Part shown: positions 9,621-22,232 of the stretch, in pieces | Layout of the letters: every line of letters starts with the position of its first letter | How positions within the stretch are numbered: position 1 is the stretch's first letter | Source: Nitrospirota bacterium | GTDB lineage: Bacteria > JACPQY01 | DNA: 64,000 bases | NCBI GenBank assembly: GCA_016180645.1 | Contig: JACPAV010000004.1 | Span: 95,544-159,543, forward strand | Reading direction: 5' to 3' | Position numbers and translations under genes: made by a program | The notes under the pieces: model-generated | The model's database searches: none | Seen by the model: only the letters and a program-made list of their open reading frames with translations | Told to the model about the DNA's origin: nothing

Positions 9621-9774
9621 TGCCAGTCATTCTATCACACAGGCAGATGGATTTACGCACACTTCGGGTGAGAAGAATAGAACCAATCCTTGTAGGGTGG
9701 AGCAGGGGGCGAAAGGAGGAGGGCGAGGGGAATGTCGGGGAGGAGTGATTGTCCGCCAACAAGCGCGGCCGAAT

Positions 9775-10200
9775 CTACCTGACAGCCTCAAGCTCCCGAA
9801 GGAGGTCGGCGGGTGGGAGGATGCGGATTGGGCCGGCGCCGCAGAGCACAAGCAAATCTTGATCGCCGGTTACAAGAACTTCTGTCTTTGCGTTCAGTGC
9901 GGCTGCCAGGATCGCGTCGTCGGTTGGATCCCTGCAAACGCTGCGAATATCATCGGGCGTTTCCACCGATTCGAAAACCTGTCGGACAACGCGCATGGCT
10001 TCCGTCGCGTCAGCCGCCGTGAATTCGAAGGTCGTGCGGAGATGCCGCTCGGTTTCCTCGATGACCTGCGAGCTGACTATTCCGGCGATTTCACGTGCCC
10101 GCGCAAGGCGAAGGAGCCGCCGGCAGGTGCCTTCGGTGATGAAGGCCGAAAGGACAACGTTGGTGTCGAAAAAGACCCTCAGACGCGCAGGGCTCTTCAC
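9775..10200 (-). CDS. PIN-domain toxin (putative toxin, PIN family)
   Basis: RVFFDTNVVLSA ... CRDPTDDAILAAA ... LVTGDQDLL. Confidence 0.85.
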   Translation of the reverse strand: MKSPARLRVFFDTNVVLSAFITEGTCRRLLRLARAREIAGIVSSQVIEETERHLRTTFEFTAADATEAMRVVRQVFESVETPDDIRSVCRDPTDDAILAAALNAKTEVLVTGDQDLLVLCGAGPIRILPPADLLRELEAVR

Positions 10201-10415
10201 GAGACGATCTTGAAGACGTCCTCCTCGGACACGATTCCCCGTTTGGCGGCGTGGTCGCGCATGCGAACAAGGAGTCTCTCAAACTTCTCGTCCGAGAGAT
10301 GTTTCTCAACCGCCTGGCGCACGACCAGGCTCCTGGGTACCCTGAGCCGCTTTGCAAGATGAGCAAGCTCCCTCGCAAGGGGCTTCGGCAGGCTGAGGCT
10401 GATCACAGTCCTCAT
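10197..10415 (-). CDS. CopG/RHH antitoxin
   Basis: MRTVISLSLP...RSLVVRQAV; ATGA overlap with the PIN gene; TTGACA-N17-TACACT promoter at 10451-10423. Confidence 0.85.
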   Translation of the reverse strand: MRTVISLSLPKPLARELAHLAKRLRVPRSLVVRQAVEKHLSDEKFERLLVRMRDHAAKRGIVSEEDVFKIVS

Positions 10416-10551
10416 GTATTACAGTGTAGTGCGTCGACACCCCCCTGTCAAGGGCACCCATTTTCAATTCCGGGATGGGAGTGAATGGCAGCAGCCAGCC
10501 CCGCGAAGGCCTTCGGCTTCCTTCTTTCACGGCCCAGCCGAAGGATGCGGA

Positions 10552-11739
10552 TCAGAAGCGGGATGGGTCAGGTGGGACGGGGGGCTGGAGGAGGAGGGCG
10601 AGGGGGACGTCCGGGAGGGAGGTGACGAAGGCAATGCGGCCGAGCCAATGATCGATCCAGCCGATTTCGGCGGGATCGCGGGAAAGGAACAACGTGAAGT
10701 GAGGATCCGGGGCCTCGAAGATTTCGAATGGGGCGCTCTCCGCTCCCAGTGTCAGTTTCGCCTCGGTGCTGAGGAGGTCGGGGGTAAGGATTTGGAAGCC
10801 GTGGGCCACAGGATTGGCAAGCACGAGCCGTGGCCCTTTCTTGGTAAGCCCGACGCTCACTGCTTGCGGCGCACCACTCACGGCGAAATCCACGCGGGAT
10901 GTGAGGTTGGAGGAGATCCGCGTGACGGCACCCGACCCCGGCCGTGAGACGTAGACACTGCCGGATTCGCCGACCATCATTCCCGTGGGCTTCGAGCCCG
11001 CCGCAAAATCAAGGGATACGATTTCACGGAGGGGGTCCACTCCCAAAACCAAGACCCGGTCTTTCTCCGGAATGGAAACGAAAAGCCGCTCGTTGGTTTC
11101 ATCCAACACCAAACGCCCCGGCCGGCCGGGGAGGTCGTACGCACCGATGTGGGAGAAGTCCTCGTACGACAGGAGCACCATTTGCGGAGGGCTGAACCGC
11201 GCCACGAATACGATGGAACGTGCCGCCCCGTACTTGGCCTCAACCGGATTGGATAAGCCAAGGTTTACTTCGGATTCAATGTCTCCCGTCGCAGCTCTAA
11301 TCGTGTGCATTCTCCCTGATGCGGAAAGGCCGTGGAAGTACCCTCCATCGGGCGAAAACCATCCGGTCCGGAGAGGTTCCGGGAGTGAAACGTCTGCAAT
11401 GAAACGAGGGGTTGAGCTGTCCGGGGAATGAACCCTGACCAGTGACAGTACCGAAGAATCCTCCTCTCGGTTCCAAATAGTCAGTTGGCCGAGCCCAACG
11501 GCGGGTCGAGTCTCGTAGAGGAGGAAGAAAGGTCGCCACACGGAATCGTTCGCCTGGCCGGAGCAGGAGAGAACGGGCAGACAGATTGACAGGATGAACA
11601 GAACCAGCTTGAGGGCATCCGAAAAATCGTGCGGGTATCGGAGCACCCGCAGGCTGAAGCCTGCGCCTACCATGGTCCAGACTGGGTTCCCCCGCCCGAA
11701 AGCGGGGGAGCGACGAATACCGCGACTCAGAAGCGCCAT
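10552..11739 (-). CDS. YncE-like beta-propeller lipoprotein (true start uncertain)
   Basis: Lipobox-like VLSC; propeller motifs such as PGRLVLDETNERLFVS and PTGMMV...VYVS. Confidence 0.55.
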   Translation of the reverse strand: MALLSRGIRRSPAFGRGNPVWTMVGAGFSLRVLRYPHDFSDALKLVLFILSICLPVLSCSGQANDSVWRPFFLLYETRPAVGLGQLTIWNREEDSSVLSLVRVHSPDSSTPRFIADVSLPEPLRTGWFSPDGGYFHGLSASGRMHTIRAATGDIESEVNLGLSNPVEAKYGAARSIVFVARFSPPQMVLLSYEDFSHIGAYDLPGRPGRLVLDETNERLFVSIPEKDRVLVLGVDPLREIVSLDFAAGSKPTGMMVGESGSVYVSRPGSGAVTRISSNLTSRVDFAVSGAPQAVSVGLTKKGPRLVLANPVAHGFQILTPDLLSTEAKLTLGAESAPFEIFEAPDPHFTLFLSRDPAEIGWIDHWLGRIAFVTSLPDVPLALLLQPPVPPDPSRF

Positions 11740-12689
11740 TCGGGACCCACCACGAATTGGAAGCCGCCGAGATCGAGGTTGTCACCCAGCGCGTTGACGT
11801 TTTTCGCGAGCGCGTAGGTGTAGCGTGCGTCGACGGTCACATGAACCATAGGGGTGACGGCATAGGCATAGCCCAAGCCACCGCCGAAGCCGAAGACGTC
11901 GCGATCTACGTCCGGTTCGGCCACCTCTTGGGACTCGGGGAGGAGGTTTTGGAAACTCACGGTCTTGAGCAGCCCGAACAAACCGGCGCCGACGTAAGGA
12001 TAGAGATCGTGGTCACCGCGGAGGAGGTAGAACCGATGAGACGCGAACAGGACCGTCCGGAAAATCTCCAGGCGGCCCAGCGAGTCATTGTTGTTTCGGA
12101 ATTCCTGGTCGCCCTCTGAAGTACCAAGATCGAAACCCAGCGCCAGTCGCGGCGCATACAGGACGTGATAGCTGAGTTGCAACAGGAATGCGTTGAGTTG
12201 GCCGGGCTTGAAATAGGCTTCGTTTCGATGGAAGTAGGCGCTTTTCGGCGGAACGTGCTCGCCGTATTGGAGGCCGACCACGTGCCTGCGCACCGAGGTT
12301 CGGCGCTCATTGGAAGGAGATGGATACTCTTCTGTGGAGTCCGTCGGAATGAGATCGGCGGAGTATTCCTCCTCAAACGTCGGCGCGAACACCACGCCGA
12401 CGCCGCCGAGCAGCGAATAACTGAATGTTCTCCACGGGTGGGCGCTTAGGCTCTCGGCCCGGATCTCTCGCTCCATGGGCTTGTAGCCTTCTTTTTCCAC
12501 GCGGAGTGTCGCTTCATTGTGTTCGATCGCCGGGAAGTCCCACGCCACCGGTGTCTTTCCGATGGGGATATCGTTCAGGTAGACCTGCGCCTCGGGCGGG
12601 TCCGATTTGAAAAGAACCGGGTAGGTCGTTGCGCAGCCCGCGAGGCCGAGGGCTGCGACCCCGATGGCGAGCCTATGGAGCCTGCGCAT
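11727..12689 (-). CDS. PEGA-domain lipoprotein with C-terminal outer-membrane beta-barrel
   Basis: LAGC lipobox; SDPPEAQVYLN..IGKTP and KEGY (PEGA); PYVGAG, GGGLGY, DARY and terminal WRF. Confidence 0.75.
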   Translation of the reverse strand: MRRLHRLAIGVAALGLAGCATTYPVLFKSDPPEAQVYLNDIPIGKTPVAWDFPAIEHNEATLRVEKEGYKPMEREIRAESLSAHPWRTFSYSLLGGVGVVFAPTFEEEYSADLIPTDSTEEYPSPSNERRTSVRRHVVGLQYGEHVPPKSAYFHRNEAYFKPGQLNAFLLQLSYHVLYAPRLALGFDLGTSEGDQEFRNNNDSLGRLEIFRTVLFASHRFYLLRGDHDLYPYVGAGLFGLLKTVSFQNLLPESQEVAEPDVDRDVFGFGGGLGYAYAVTPMVHVTVDARYTYALAKNVNALGDNLDLGGFQFVVGPEWRF

Positions 12690-13152
12690 TGTAGATTCGG
12701 ACGGCGTCGAAGAGGTCTTGCTGGGCGGAGCGGCCCAAGTTCATGGCCGGATACAAGAGTCCGTATCCCGTGACCGTCACCGCCACGGGGAGGAACATGC
12801 CGACTTTCTCATGCGCGGAGAAGAGGACGAATCCGCCCAAGATTCCGCCGAGCGCAAACCCGCTCAGGATCGAGGCTGTCCGGGAATTCTTGCGGGACGA
12901 TTCCACTTTCATCCTGCATTGGGAGCAATCTTCGAGCATCCGCCGGATGGTACCGCTTTCACTGAAGGATTCCCCGAGGGGAACGGCTTCGTTCCCCTTC
13001 ACAACGATGAATCCCAGTGGCGATAGTAGCGGCGCCCACTCCACACGGATTTTTTCGCGCGGGGGGGCCGCCTCCTCTGCTCCGGCATGAAGGGGTTGAA
13101 TACCGATGATCAGGGAGAGCGCGGCGAGGCCAAACCTTTTCATGGCCTGCAC
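12673..13152 (-). CDS. Hypothetical exported/membrane protein
   Basis: Signal peptide and two hydrophobic helices; overlaps the next gene. Confidence 0.6.
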   Translation of the reverse strand: MQAMKRFGLAALSLIIGIQPLHAGAEEAAPPREKIRVEWAPLLSPLGFIVVKGNEAVPLGESFSESGTIRRMLEDCSQCRMKVESSRKNSRTASILSGFALGGILGGFVLFSAHEKVGMFLPVAVTVTGYGLLYPAMNLGRSAQQDLFDAVRIYNAQAP

Positions 13153-13201
13153 ATCATACCAATCCCTTGAGAGCGTTTGAAAGGCGGATTGCCGGTTCGC
13201 T

Positions 13202-13354
13202 TTACCAGGGAGGCAGGAGGTTCTCGACTATTTCGAGTACGGTTTGCCTCGGCGACCAACCGAAAACGAGACGGCAGAAGCCAAAGACCAATATGATCAA
13301 CGCCCCCACGACGCCAATGGCCAAGAGGATCTTTGTAGAGAAGGCTGTAACCAA
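13202..13354 (-). CDS. Possible 50-aa membrane peptide
   Basis: TTG-start ORF LVTAFSTKILLAIGVVGALIILVFGFCRLVFGWSPRQTVLEIVENLLPPW; not in the ORF track. Confidence 0.35.
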   Translation of the reverse strand: MVTAFSTKILLAIGVVGALIILVFGFCRLVFGWSPRQTVLEIVENLLPPW

Positions 13355-13378
13355 ATCGAGTGCGCTGTCCAGACCTCA

Positions 13379-16550
<3,172 letters not shown>

Positions 16551-16761
16551 CAAGTCCTGGACTGTCAGTCACGGACGCCCGCCCATGCGCCGCGCTTACA
16601 CGCGCGACGCGGGGAAAACGCCATGAGACACAAAAAATTCCGACAAAGCAACACCCATGTGCCGCTCCGGCCGGAATTCCTTTTCCCAGCTTGCACATCG
16701 ACTCGGTTTACAACATCTCGAAATCATGACGATTTCGAGACGCGATGCCTTCTCTATGTCA

Positions 16762-16774
16762 TTTTCAAAGAACA
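16762..16774 (-). promoter_or_regulatory. rRNA antitermination boxA
   Basis: TGTTCTTTGAAAA about 240 nt upstream of the 23S 5' end. Confidence 0.75.
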
Positions 16775-16805
16775 ATCCCCGGAAGATTCCGGGGACGACT
16801 CGCTA

Positions 16806-16857
16806 TGTGTATCACGGACCGTGTTTCTTGTCAACGATCCCCTCTGTATTGTAAGAT
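16806..16857. promoter_or_regulatory. Divergent promoters with overlapping -35 boxes (23S and large surface protein)
   Basis: Minus strand TTGACA(16834-16829)-N17-TACACA; plus strand TTGTCA(16828)-N18-TAAGAT(16852). Confidence 0.5.
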
Positions 16858-16870
16858 GGAAGCTGTCCAC

Positions 16871-19800
16871 ATGATGAGGGGGTGGGTGTTATTTCTGTTG
16901 AGGGGACTGGCAGTCATGGTGACGTGTCTCGTCCCTCGTCTTTCCCACGCCCTTCTGAACACCACCTGGTCCAAGACCGACCTCACGGCGCAGACGTATC
17001 CGCGCGGAAAGACCCACGCCGTCGTCCTTCAGATCAAGGCGGACAATCCGGATGCCCTAGCCCAGACGGTCACCTCCATCACGGTCACGCGCGTGAACGG
17101 AGCGGACACAGACATCGCCACGGTTCATCTTTTTCTCGACAACGGCGACGGATCGTTCAGCTCTTCAAGCGACAGCGAGCTCGGGACGGCCGGCGCCTTC
17201 TCGGGAAGCACCAAAACTTTCGGTGGACTTTCCGTCTCCATCCCGGCGGTCACCGGCTCAAAGACTTTTTTCGTGACGTACGATCTCTCGACCTCCGCGA
17301 CGAATGGGGCGACGCTGAGCGCCAAGATCAACGCCACGGGAGATATCGCGCAGAACCCCGACGGCGTTGCCGGCACGTTTCCGCTCTCCTCCCTGGGGAC
17401 GGCGGCCACCGGTGGACACTCCGTCAATACGACGCTTTCCTTCACGCAGACGGCCCAGCCGTCCGGCGGCAAGGCGAGGTCGAGCATCACAGCGCCGTAC
17501 ACCGTAACGTACTCGGATGGGACGGCGGTGAGCGCCTTCAGCACGGATCCGACGATCAAGCTCCGCACGGGGAGCACCGACGCAACGGCGACGCTCGTGT
17601 GGGAGGCCGTCAGCGCGCCCGCCGGCCAGTGGAGAGTCCGATGGACGGTGCCGGACATCCAGGCGAGCGCGACGGACTACAACTTTCAAGTGCAGGCTTC
17701 GACGGCGGCTTCCAATGGCAACTCCGGTCCGGCGGCTGCGGTCACCTCGTCCAACTTCATCATCGACACGGGGATCTCATTCAGCGTGACGGCCCAGCCG
17801 GGGAATGGGATGGCGGGATCGACCATATCCGCGGATGTGACCGCCACGCACAGCCAGGGCGGCGCCGCGGCTACGAACTTTTCGACCGCACCCACGGTCA
17901 AAGTCTTCAAGGGGACGGTTGAGACGGCGGCCGCTACGTGGGCCGCGGCAAATGCGGCGGCCGGGCAATATCGTCTCCAATGGACGGTGCCGAATCTCCA
18001 AGCCTCGGGAACGGACTACAAATTCATCCTTTCAGCCGGCAGCGGCACCGATTCGGGGAACAACGGCCCGGCCGCGGCGGTTTCGAGTAGTACGTTCACC
18101 GTGGATACACAACTCACATTCCAGGTGGCCGCTCAACCTGTCACGGCAGCCGCCGGCGATTCCGCCGCGGCGGATTTCACGGTCACCGTTTCCCTCGACA
18201 ATTCGAAGGTGGCCCAGTTCGACACGGCGCCGACGGTCAAGGTGCTCAGCGGAGCATCCGAGGTGGCCACCGCCACCTGGTCTACGCTGGATTCCACCGC
18301 GGGGAGTTACCGAGCCACGTGGTCCATCCCCGCGGGACAGGCAAGTGGTTCCGACTACTCCTTTCAGATGGCGGCCAATTCCGGAGCGCGGTCTGGAAAC
18401 CAGGGTCCGGCGGCAACGGTAAGCACAAACAAGTTCTCCATCACGAACGCGTCGCTCGTTTGGAAATCTCTACCGATCACACCGCAGAAGATTCCCGGAG
18501 GTCGGAAGGCGATGCCGTTGCTCACGCTGCTGGCGCACAACGATGACGTGAACGGGCACGAGGTCAGGCAAATCGTCCTCACATCGAAGAGCTCGTCCGA
18601 CACCGCCGTGTCGAGCATCCACCTATACCTCGATGACGGGGACCAAACGTTCAAGGCGTCATCCGACCGCGAGCTGGGAACGCCCGGGTCGTTCGAATCC
18701 GGGAAGAAGACGTTCGACTTTTCTACGATCGTGGCTCCAGCGGCCGATGTGGTATTTTTCTTCACGGCGGACTTGGCCGCGGGCGCAAAGACGGGAACGC
18801 AGCTCGGCGCCATCCTCGATCAAAAGGGGCACGTGGGACTTGAAGCAGGCGTTGCGGCAAAAGGCACCTTTCCCATCGGATCGCTGGAGACGGCGCACAC
18901 GGTTGACACGACGTTGACCGTGGCCATACTCCAGCCGCCATCGGCCACCGTGAAAGGCTCAACGGCGCAAATGCAATTTTCGGTGGCGCTGTCGGATGGC
19001 ACGAAGCTCGCCGCGCTCAGCCAGAACCCGACTGTGGAAGTGGTGCAGGGATCGTCTCGCGTGGCCGGAGCCGTGGTGGAGCTGTTGGACAAGGACAAAT
19101 CCATTTTCGTGGCGCGATGGGACACGGCCGCCGGTGATCCGCCGGCGGGAGAGGGCTACACGCTGGTGGTCCGTTCGAACACGGCGAAGGACGGCGAAAA
19201 CGTCGGCCCCGCGGAGGACCTTCGGAGCCCGTCGTTCAGTCTCCGCGCGGACACGGCCTCGCAGATGGGATTCTTCAACGGGAATGGTCTGCTTGGTGGA
19301 TGCGTGGCCTCAAGAATGCCGTTGGAGGTCCGCGTGACCGATGTGCAGGGGAACAGCGTCGAAGGTGTGAGCATCACGTTCACGCTTCCGGCGGGTTCGG
19401 ATCCCAGTGCACGGCTGGAGTCCGGTATCGTCAACACCGCGGGGGACGGTGTGGCGCGGGCCAATCTCGTCATCGCAGAAAAGGTTGGCCGAAACACCAT
19501 CCAGGCCACGCGCGAAAGACTGGCCGGCAGCCCGCTTAATTTTTCTGTCGACGGCACGGCCTGCACAGCGGACGCGGCGACGTCCACCATCGAGGTCGAG
19601 CCGGATTCGATCGGGGCGGACGGCGTAACTCCGGTCCAAGTGGTCGCCACGATTCGGGATGCCTTCGGCAACCCTGTCGGAGGCAAGACGGTGGGCTTCC
19701 GGTCGGATTCCGAGAATGACGTGTTCGTTACGTTGGATGAGCAGCCGCTGTTGACCGATCCCCCCGATGCGGTCACCACCAACCCGGATGGGGAGGCGAG

Positions 19801-20440
19801 GATCGGTCTCACGTCCTTTGAAGTTCACCGCTCGACCATCACTTCCTTTGTGGTTGAGGACGATGTATCGCCCACGGCGGCCGCCGCCGTCGATTTCATC
19901 GCTCTCCCGGAAAATCGGTTGTTTCAGAACTATCCCAACCCATTCGATCCGAGAGCGGAGGCGACGGTGATTCCGTTCAACTTGATGGAAGAGTCGCAGG
20001 CTTCGCTTATCATTTACGATTCAACGGGTCGGCCCGTGCGCACCGTTTTTGAAGGTTCAAGCCGGCCGCTGGGTCCACAGACGGAGAAGTGGGACGGAAA
20101 AGACAGCCGAGGCCGGGCGCTCGGGAATGGGCGCTACACCGCGCTGCTGAAAACCCGCGGTTACGCGGCCTCCATCGACATCGTCCTTCTCGCCGGGGGC
20201 AAGAGCTGTTTCATCGCGACCGCCGTATTCGGATCGAGCACGGCCCCCGAGGTGGTGAGCCTGCGAAGATTCCGTGATGATATTCTGCTGACTTCCGCCA
20301 TCGGTCGTCGTTTTGTTGAATTTTACTACCGAACTTCGCCGCAGATTGCGCGGTGGCTCCAGGACAAACCGGCCCTACGCTCATGCCTGCGATTCCTCCT
20401 CTCCCTTCTCTCACGTCTCCTACATGCAGCGACCGCATAG
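16871..20440 (+). CDS. Large secreted Ig-repeat protein with Big_1 domains, FlgD/T9SS-CTD-like domain and C-terminal CFI-box domain
   Basis: Signal peptide; repeated LxLD(N/D)GD and T.LSF...AQP domains; IRDAFGNPV (Big_1); NYPNPF...WDGKD..G...NGRY; CFIATAVFGS...LRRFRD...FYYRTSP; start may be 16856-16874. Confidence 0.8.
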   Translation: MMRGWVLFLLRGLAVMVTCLVPRLSHALLNTTWSKTDLTAQTYPRGKTHAVVLQIKADNPDALAQTVTSITVTRVNGADTDIATVHLFLDNGDGSFSSSSDSELGTAGAFSGSTKTFGGLSVSIPAVTGSKTFFVTYDLSTSATNGATLSAKINATGDIAQNPDGVAGTFPLSSLGTAATGGHSVNTTLSFTQTAQPSGGKARSSITAPYTVTYSDGTAVSAFSTDPTIKLRTGSTDATATLVWEAVSAPAGQWRVRWTVPDIQASATDYNFQVQASTAASNGNSGPAAAVTSSNFIIDTGISFSVTAQPGNGMAGSTISADVTATHSQGGAAATNFSTAPTVKVFKGTVETAAATWAAANAAAGQYRLQWTVPNLQASGTDYKFILSAGSGTDSGNNGPAAAVSSSTFTVDTQLTFQVAAQPVTAAAGDSAAADFTVTVSLDNSKVAQFDTAPTVKVLSGASEVATATWSTLDSTAGSYRATWSIPAGQASGSDYSFQMAANSGARSGNQGPAATVSTNKFSITNASLVWKSLPITPQKIPGGRKAMPLLTLLAHNDDVNGHEVRQIVLTSKSSSDTAVSSIHLYLDDGDQTFKASSDRELGTPGSFESGKKTFDFSTIVAPAADVVFFFTADLAAGAKTGTQLGAILDQKGHVGLEAGVAAKGTFPIGSLETAHTVDTTLTVAILQPPSATVKGSTAQMQFSVALSDGTKLAALSQNPTVEVVQGSSRVAGAVVELLDKDKSIFVARWDTAAGDPPAGEGYTLVVRSNTAKDGENVGPAEDLRSPSFSLRADTASQMGFFNGNGLLGGCVASRMPLEVRVTDVQGNSVEGVSITFTLPAGSDPSARLESGIVNTAGDGVARANLVIAEKVGRNTIQATRERLAGSPLNFSVDGTACTADAATSTIEVEPDSIGADGVTPVQVVATIRDAFGNPVGGKTVGFRSDSENDVFVTLDEQPLLTDPPDAVTTNPDGEARIGLTSFEVHRSTITSFVVEDDVSPTAAAAVDFIALPENRLFQNYPNPFDPRAEATVIPFNLMEESQASLIIYDSTGRPVRTVFEGSSRPLGPQTEKWDGKDSRGRALGNGRYTALLKTRGYAASIDIVLLAGGKSCFIATAVFGSSTAPEVVSLRRFRDDILLTSAIGRRFVEFYYRTSPQIARWLQDKPALRSCLRFLLSLLSRLLHAATA

Positions 20441-22232
20441 ACTCGCAGGGTGGACCGTTCCGATCCTCCTCGCTCTCCTCCCGCGGGTCGCCGGGGCCTT
20501 CACCACGGGCGCGCGCTTCCTCACCTTGATGGATCATCCTCGAGCCGTGGCCATGGGCCGGGCCGGTGCCGGGCTGGCCGATGACTCCAGGTTGGTCGGG
20601 CGGAACCCCGCTGCGCTCTCCGCTTCGACTCGATGGGAAGGAGGAACTTGTTTCGCTGTTCCAGCGGCCGACGCGCTGGGAGCCTGCGGTGAGGCCGCGT
20701 GGGGTCATCCCTGGTTGGGATCGTTCGGTGCGTATCTGTACGCGGAGAACGCGGGAGAATTTCCCGTGAAGGAGGACCAAGCCGCCTTGCCGAAGAGCGG
20801 CGGGGAGAATCGGGAAGTCGTTGCCGGCCGATTCGCGCGGGACATTATCCCGACGGTCAGTGTCGGAGGCACCGGAAAACTGTTCAGGCAGGAAATCTTG
20901 TCTGTTTCTTCGTTGGGTGCGGCAGTCGATCTGGGCGGCGTCTATCGTACGCCCGTGGAAAATCTCCAGGTGGGCCTGGCCGCTCTCAACGCGGGGCCGG
21001 CCTTTCGTTCAGGTTCAGCCCGCGAGCTTCCTCCGAGTGAATTCCGGATCGGCCTGGGGTACGGCCTACGCCGTCGCGATTTTCCTTTTCTCGCCGGTGA
21101 TGCCGCACTCGCGGTGGATGGGGCGCTTCCGCTGGAGGGAGGATTCCGCCTCCATGCAGGTGCCGAGTACGTCCTTCTCGAACTTCCGCGCTGGATCGGG
21201 TGGGGCCCCGAACTCTCGGAGACGGCTCGCAATAACTCGGAAGCGTCGTTTCTGGACGAATGGAGACGGATTTCTTTCGCCGCGCGGATCGGGAGCGAAA
21301 TCGCAGCCGACCGGACGGTCCTCAGTTTCGGGGGGGGGGCGGGGGCCGACGGACTGTCGCTCGACTACAGTCTCAGCATCGAGCCGATCGGAAGCGCGTC
21401 CCACCGCATGTCGCTCCGCTACGAGTGGGGGGCGCCGACCCGAAAATCCGCCGCCGACGTTCTCTACACCCTCAAGAAAGAGCGGATGCGGGAACAGAAA
21501 CAGGAGATCATCCGCAAGGCCATCGACAGGACCTCCCGCAAATTCGTCCGGCAAGCCCTCGACCAGGCGGAATATCAGCTCGGTGTGGCGCGCGATCTCC
21601 AGGCGGAAACGCTCGGCTTGGATTCGTACCAGTCGGCGTCCTCGCTCGTCGAGCAGGCCAAGAGTCGGGTCAAGGAGAAGCAATACGATGACGCGTGGAT
21701 TCTTGCCTCTCAGGCGCTGCTTGAGGCCCTGGATCTCAACGAAGATCTTCGGCGGGCGGCAGCGCTCAGCGAGGCGCGATCACAAATACTCGCGGAACAG
21801 AAAACCGAGGCGGAGAAGGCCGATCGGGAGGCGAAAGCAAAGGGGAGGAGAGGGCGAAGGAAGCCGCAGGCGCCTCCCAAGCTTGTTGAACCGCCCGCCA
21901 CGGAGACAACCGTCCAATTGGACGAGGCGCAGGAGAAACGTCACACCGAGGCCGAGCGGTTTTACTCGAAGAAGGACTTCGAGGGCGCCGTCAAGATCTG
22001 GGAGGAAATGGCCCGCCAGATTCGTGGGTTCAAGCCGATCCTCGCGGGTCTCAGTAAGTCCTGCCGATTTCTTGGGCTGGCGGCCTATCGATCCGGAAAT
22101 TACAGTGAGGCCGCGGAATGGTGGCAAAGAGGGTTGAAGCACGATCCTCTCAATCCGGAGATGAAGACGTTTCTGGCCAATGTGGAGACCAAAATTGAAA
22201 CCATCCGATCCATTGAAGCCAAGACCCGGTAG
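20424..22232 (+). CDS. PorV/UPF0164(FadL)-like outer-membrane barrel fused to helical and TPR domains
   Basis: Signal peptide; GARFLTL...RAVAMGRA..GLADD....NPAAL; barrel strands ending SHRMSLRYEW; C-terminal TPR motifs. Confidence 0.75.
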   Translation: MQRPHRLAGWTVPILLALLPRVAGAFTTGARFLTLMDHPRAVAMGRAGAGLADDSRLVGRNPAALSASTRWEGGTCFAVPAADALGACGEAAWGHPWLGSFGAYLYAENAGEFPVKEDQAALPKSGGENREVVAGRFARDIIPTVSVGGTGKLFRQEILSVSSLGAAVDLGGVYRTPVENLQVGLAALNAGPAFRSGSARELPPSEFRIGLGYGLRRRDFPFLAGDAALAVDGALPLEGGFRLHAGAEYVLLELPRWIGWGPELSETARNNSEASFLDEWRRISFAARIGSEIAADRTVLSFGGGAGADGLSLDYSLSIEPIGSASHRMSLRYEWGAPTRKSAADVLYTLKKERMREQKQEIIRKAIDRTSRKFVRQALDQAEYQLGVARDLQAETLGLDSYQSASSLVEQAKSRVKEKQYDDAWILASQALLEALDLNEDLRRAAALSEARSQILAEQKTEAEKADREAKAKGRRGRRKPQAPPKLVEPPATETTVQLDEAQEKRHTEAERFYSKKDFEGAVKIWEEMARQIRGFKPILAGLSKSCRFLGLAAYRSGNYSEAAEWWQRGLKHDPLNPEMKTFLANVETKIETIRSIEAKTR

